A stretch of DNA of 63,699 nt, the filler included, from Folioceros fuciformis (Eukaryota), in NCBI GenBank assembly GCA_049999805.1. It is 7 parts of 6 records of this genome, joined end to end, with 100 filler letters (N's around TTAATTAATTAA, not from the genome) between each part and the next. Parts side by side here need not be neighbours in the genome. Positions count along the whole stretch, not along the records: positions 62,576 to 63,699 come from JBNGIO010005497.1; 6 more parts are not named here. One strand, written 5' to 3'. Every line of letters starts with the position of its first letter. The stretch's first letter is position 1. Both the position numbers and the translations under genes were made by a program. Positions 62,576 to 63,699 of the stretch are shown one piece after another. Under the pieces are notes generated by a model, which was not told the origin of the DNA, made no database searches, and saw only the letters and a program-made list of their open reading frames with translations.

Positions 62576-63699
62576 CCATACTTCCTTGACTATTGCTCCT
62601 AAGAGTGGTCGGATGCAATTGTTCATAACCAATCTCCTCCATGAGCTTTCTCAACCATACGGCCTCCTTGGTGGCTTGTGTGGATGCCATGTACTCAGCT
62701 TCAACTGTCGATATGGCCACCGTGGGTTGCTTCTTACTATTCCAGGTAATGGCACCTCCTCCTAAAATAAAAGTATATCCTGCAGTTGATCTTCTATCAT
62801 CAAGATCACTTCCCCAATCGGAGTCACAATACCCAATAATATTATGGCATTTGATTCCACCCGAGAATTCCAACCACATATCACTTGTACCTCTCACGTA
62901 TCGCATGATCCTTTTCTCCGCAATCCAATGTTGCTTTCCAGGGCTTTGCATAAATTGGCTCACTACTCCCACTGCCTTTGCAATGTCTGGACATGTTCCT
63001 ACCATAGCATACATCAAACTTCCAACTGTTGCCCTATATGGGATGTTACTCATCTCATGCTCCTCCCCATCATTTGATGAGTAGTCAACCTTACACAACT
63101 TCACACCTAAATCTTGAGGGGTCCCAATAGGCTTGCAATCGATCATTCGAAATCGCTCCAATAATCCCTCAACATACCCTTGCTGACCAAGCCTGATGAT
63201 ACGTGCTGCCCTATCTCTCCACACTTCAATTCCAAGACAATAGTTGATGTTTCCTAAGTCCTTCATTTCAAACTTCTTTGACAACATCTCCTTCACTTTA
63301 TCAATACTGCTTAAAGATGGACTCAACAAGATAAGATCATCCACATATATGGCTAAGATTACCTTACTTTGGGAGACCTCAAAAATGTAGATGCTCTCAT
63401 CTGATGTGCATTGCCGAAAACCCTGCTCCAAAAGATATGAGTTAATCTTTTGATACCAAGCTCTCGGAGCCTGCTTCAATCCATAAAGAGCTTTCTTCAA
63501 TTTGCAAACCATGTTCTCCTTGCCCATAACTACATAGCCTTGGGGTTGCTCCATGTAAATGTCTTCCTCCAAGTCCCCATTTACAAATGCTGTTTTCACA
63601 TCCATTTGATGAATCTCCAAATCATACATTGCTCCCACTGCAAGTAAGGTTTTGATGGATGCAAACTTGGCAACTGGTGCAAATGTCTCATTGTAGTCA
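62576..63699 (-). mobile_element. Ty1/copia pol fragment (RT and RNase H)
   Basis: HQMDVKTAF, LKKALYGLKQAPRAW, IYVDD, FEMKDLG, RNase H YCDSDW and STVEAEY; the frame is open between the gap and the window end. Confidence 0.96.

Noticed and set aside
57452..63699. A single hybrid retrotransposon (gag-PR-INT-RT)
   Set aside because: The pieces are separated by artificial linkers and belong to different superfamilies and strands.

Overview
This window is eukaryotic land-plant nuclear DNA, most likely from a hornwort or another compact-genome plant with flagellated sperm. That is an inference from the short ~100-bp introns, very high gene density, a CFAP77 ciliary gene and a DYW:KP-type PPR remnant. 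It is not one continuous contig: six 100-nt gaps contain an artificial TTAATTAATTAA linker. Bases ~1-55 kb are gene dense and hold spliced genes for a CDC50/ALIS flippase subunit, an acidic U1-type C2H2 protein, a DUF3007 plastid protein, an SRS2-like UvrD helicase, a 2-Cys peroxiredoxin, CFAP77, intronless ELP5, a KLC-like TPR protein, an uncharacterised plant protein, a divergent SKP1, RPB10, an alpha/beta hydrolase, an F-box/JmjC (JMJ22-like) protein, a group III WRKY, ORM, aspartate-semialdehyde dehydrogenase, UBA3/ECR1 and an MFSD12-like transporter. Pseudogenes include a CIPK/SnRK-like kinase, an inverted ORM copy and a PPR-DYW:KP gene. Bases ~55-63.7 kb are transposon fragments: an RLE/CRE-like non-LTR element, Ty3/gypsy LTR-gag-protease, a gypsy integrase and Ty1/copia RT-RNase H. 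The most interesting observations are (1) an AT-rich island carrying an intron-containing SKP1 and telomere-motif repeats that ends in a Helitron-like 3' terminus (hairpin + 11 nt + CTAG|T), (2) a decayed U-to-C-editing-type DYW:KP gene inside an ORM inverted duplication, (3) a WRKY with an abnormal C-X15-C zinc finger and (4) an RLE-type retrotransposon relic. All family calls come from motif recognition and manual splicing; no database searches were run.
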